NCBI GenBank assembly: GCA_036677555.1
Contig: JAVBWG010000008.1
Span: 5,453-69,452 of the forward strand
Length of the DNA: 64,000 nt
Reading direction: 5' to 3'
Source of the DNA: Methanomassiliicoccales archaeon
GTDB lineage: Archaea > Thermoplasmatota > Thermoplasmata > Methanomassiliicoccales > UBA472
Shown: positions 63,452-64,000 of the stretch, in pieces
Numbering within the stretch: position 1 is the stretch's first letter
How the letters are laid out: each line of letters starts with the position of its first letter
Position numbers and translations under genes: made by a program
The notes under the pieces: model-generated
Told to the model about the DNA's origin: nothing
What the model saw: the letters and a program-made list of their open reading frames with translations, nothing else
Database searches by the model: none

Positions 63452-64000
63452 TCACCGAAGCGATCCCAGGTAGACCTCTGTTCGATATTTCAAGTGCACA
63501 GATCCGTTTTCCTGATGCTCCGAGAAAACCAACCCCACCGCCTCCATGAGCGTTCTGAACGACGGGTCGTCCGGCCGCGGGCAGTAGGATGAGGAACGCA
63601 AACGCCCTTCGAGGCTGGTTAAATCGAGGCTCTGGTCGTTCCCGAACTCGTGGTATTCGTATACACCTTCGAAGAACGAATCGATCCTTCTCTTCTGCTC
63701 TTCGTCCGAACCCCCGCGGGAGTCGTCCACGCCTCGGTCCTTGAGCATCCTGGAATAGGCGATGTTGAAGTCCCCCTCATCCAGGCGATTGTTCCAGACC
63801 AGGGCGGCAGCTCCTCCCGTTCGCAAGATCCTCTTGAACTCACGCCTGCATTTTTCCACATCGAACCAATGAAAGGACTGGGCGGCTGTGACGAGGTCGA
63901 TGCTTCGATCGGGAAGGCCAGTGGCCTCCGCCCTTTCAGGAACGCTCTTGAAGTTCGGATCGCCCCGGAATCTGATCTCGGCCCTGTTCCGCATGCAGGC
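63452..64000 (-). CDS. Class I SAM-dependent methyltransferase, C-terminal part (5' end outside window)
   Basis: Frame open to window edge. IDLVTAAQSFHWFD and ILRTGGAAALVWN motifs (Methyltransf_11-like post-II/III); the SAM-binding GxGxG motif is missing, so it lies beyond the edge. Confidence 0.75.
   Translation of the reverse strand, partial: ACMRNRAEIRFRGDPNFKSVPERAEATGLPDRSIDLVTAAQSFHWFDVEKCRREFKRILRTGGAAALVWNNRLDEGDFNIAYSRMLKDRGVDDSRGGSDEEQKRRIDSFFEGVYEYHEFGNDQSLDLTSLEGRLRSSSYCPRPDDPSFRTLMEAVGLVFSEHQENGSVHLKYRTEVYLGSLR

Noticed and set aside
1-64000. CRISPR arrays, IS transposases, integrases, prophage or known defence operons
   Set aside because: I found no regularly spaced direct repeats and no DDE/tyrosine-recombinase-like ORFs. 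No restriction-modification, Cas, toxin-antitoxin pairs or similar were recognisable in the translations.

Overview
GC-rich, very gene-dense archaeal chromosome segment. I call about 70 protein genes, one tRNA-Gly(CCC), and no rRNA, CRISPR array, transposase or recognisable defence island. All family calls come from reading motifs in the supplied translations; no searches were run.

Gene content marks a euryarchaeon:
- A1A0 ATP synthase operon atpI(partial)-K-E-C-F-A-B-D
- PolD small subunit, TFB, Gar1, tRNA-splicing endonuclease, Cdc48, Orc1/Cdc6, a PAC2 proteasome chaperone and a split GMP synthase
- the ftsZ-secE-spt5-rpl11 / rpl1-rpl10-rpl12 cluster

High GC plus membrane-anchored, sequon-rich surface proteins fits a Thermoplasmatota/Methanomassiliicoccales-like organism, but that is inference only. 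Many long ORFs in the supplied track are antisense or alternate-frame shadows of GC3-rich genes and were not called. Several track ORFs also carry spurious N-terminal extensions, which I trimmed using conserved family N-termini and SD/TATA context.

No single obvious novel multi-gene system stands out. The items most worth follow-up are:
1. A 1410-aa surface protein with an archaeal pilin-type signal, FG-GAP repeats and a C-terminal anchor. It contains an internal low-GC, alternative-codon cassette.
2. An Spt5/NusG gene with a 138-codon N-terminal extension in frame.
3. An orphan PAS histidine kinase with its own signals, inserted between rpl11 and rpl1.
4. A UbiA prenyltransferase fused to an unknown ~300-aa polytopic domain, convergent with a geranylgeranyl-reductase paralog.
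5. A tightly coupled hsp20-cdc48-hsp20 operon behind a Phr-like wHTH regulator, with candidate operators.
6. A 118-bp inverted-repeat (MITE-like or structured RNA) element next to tRNA-Gly.
7. An approximately 18-20% GC repeat-dense intergenic block upstream of ftsZ.
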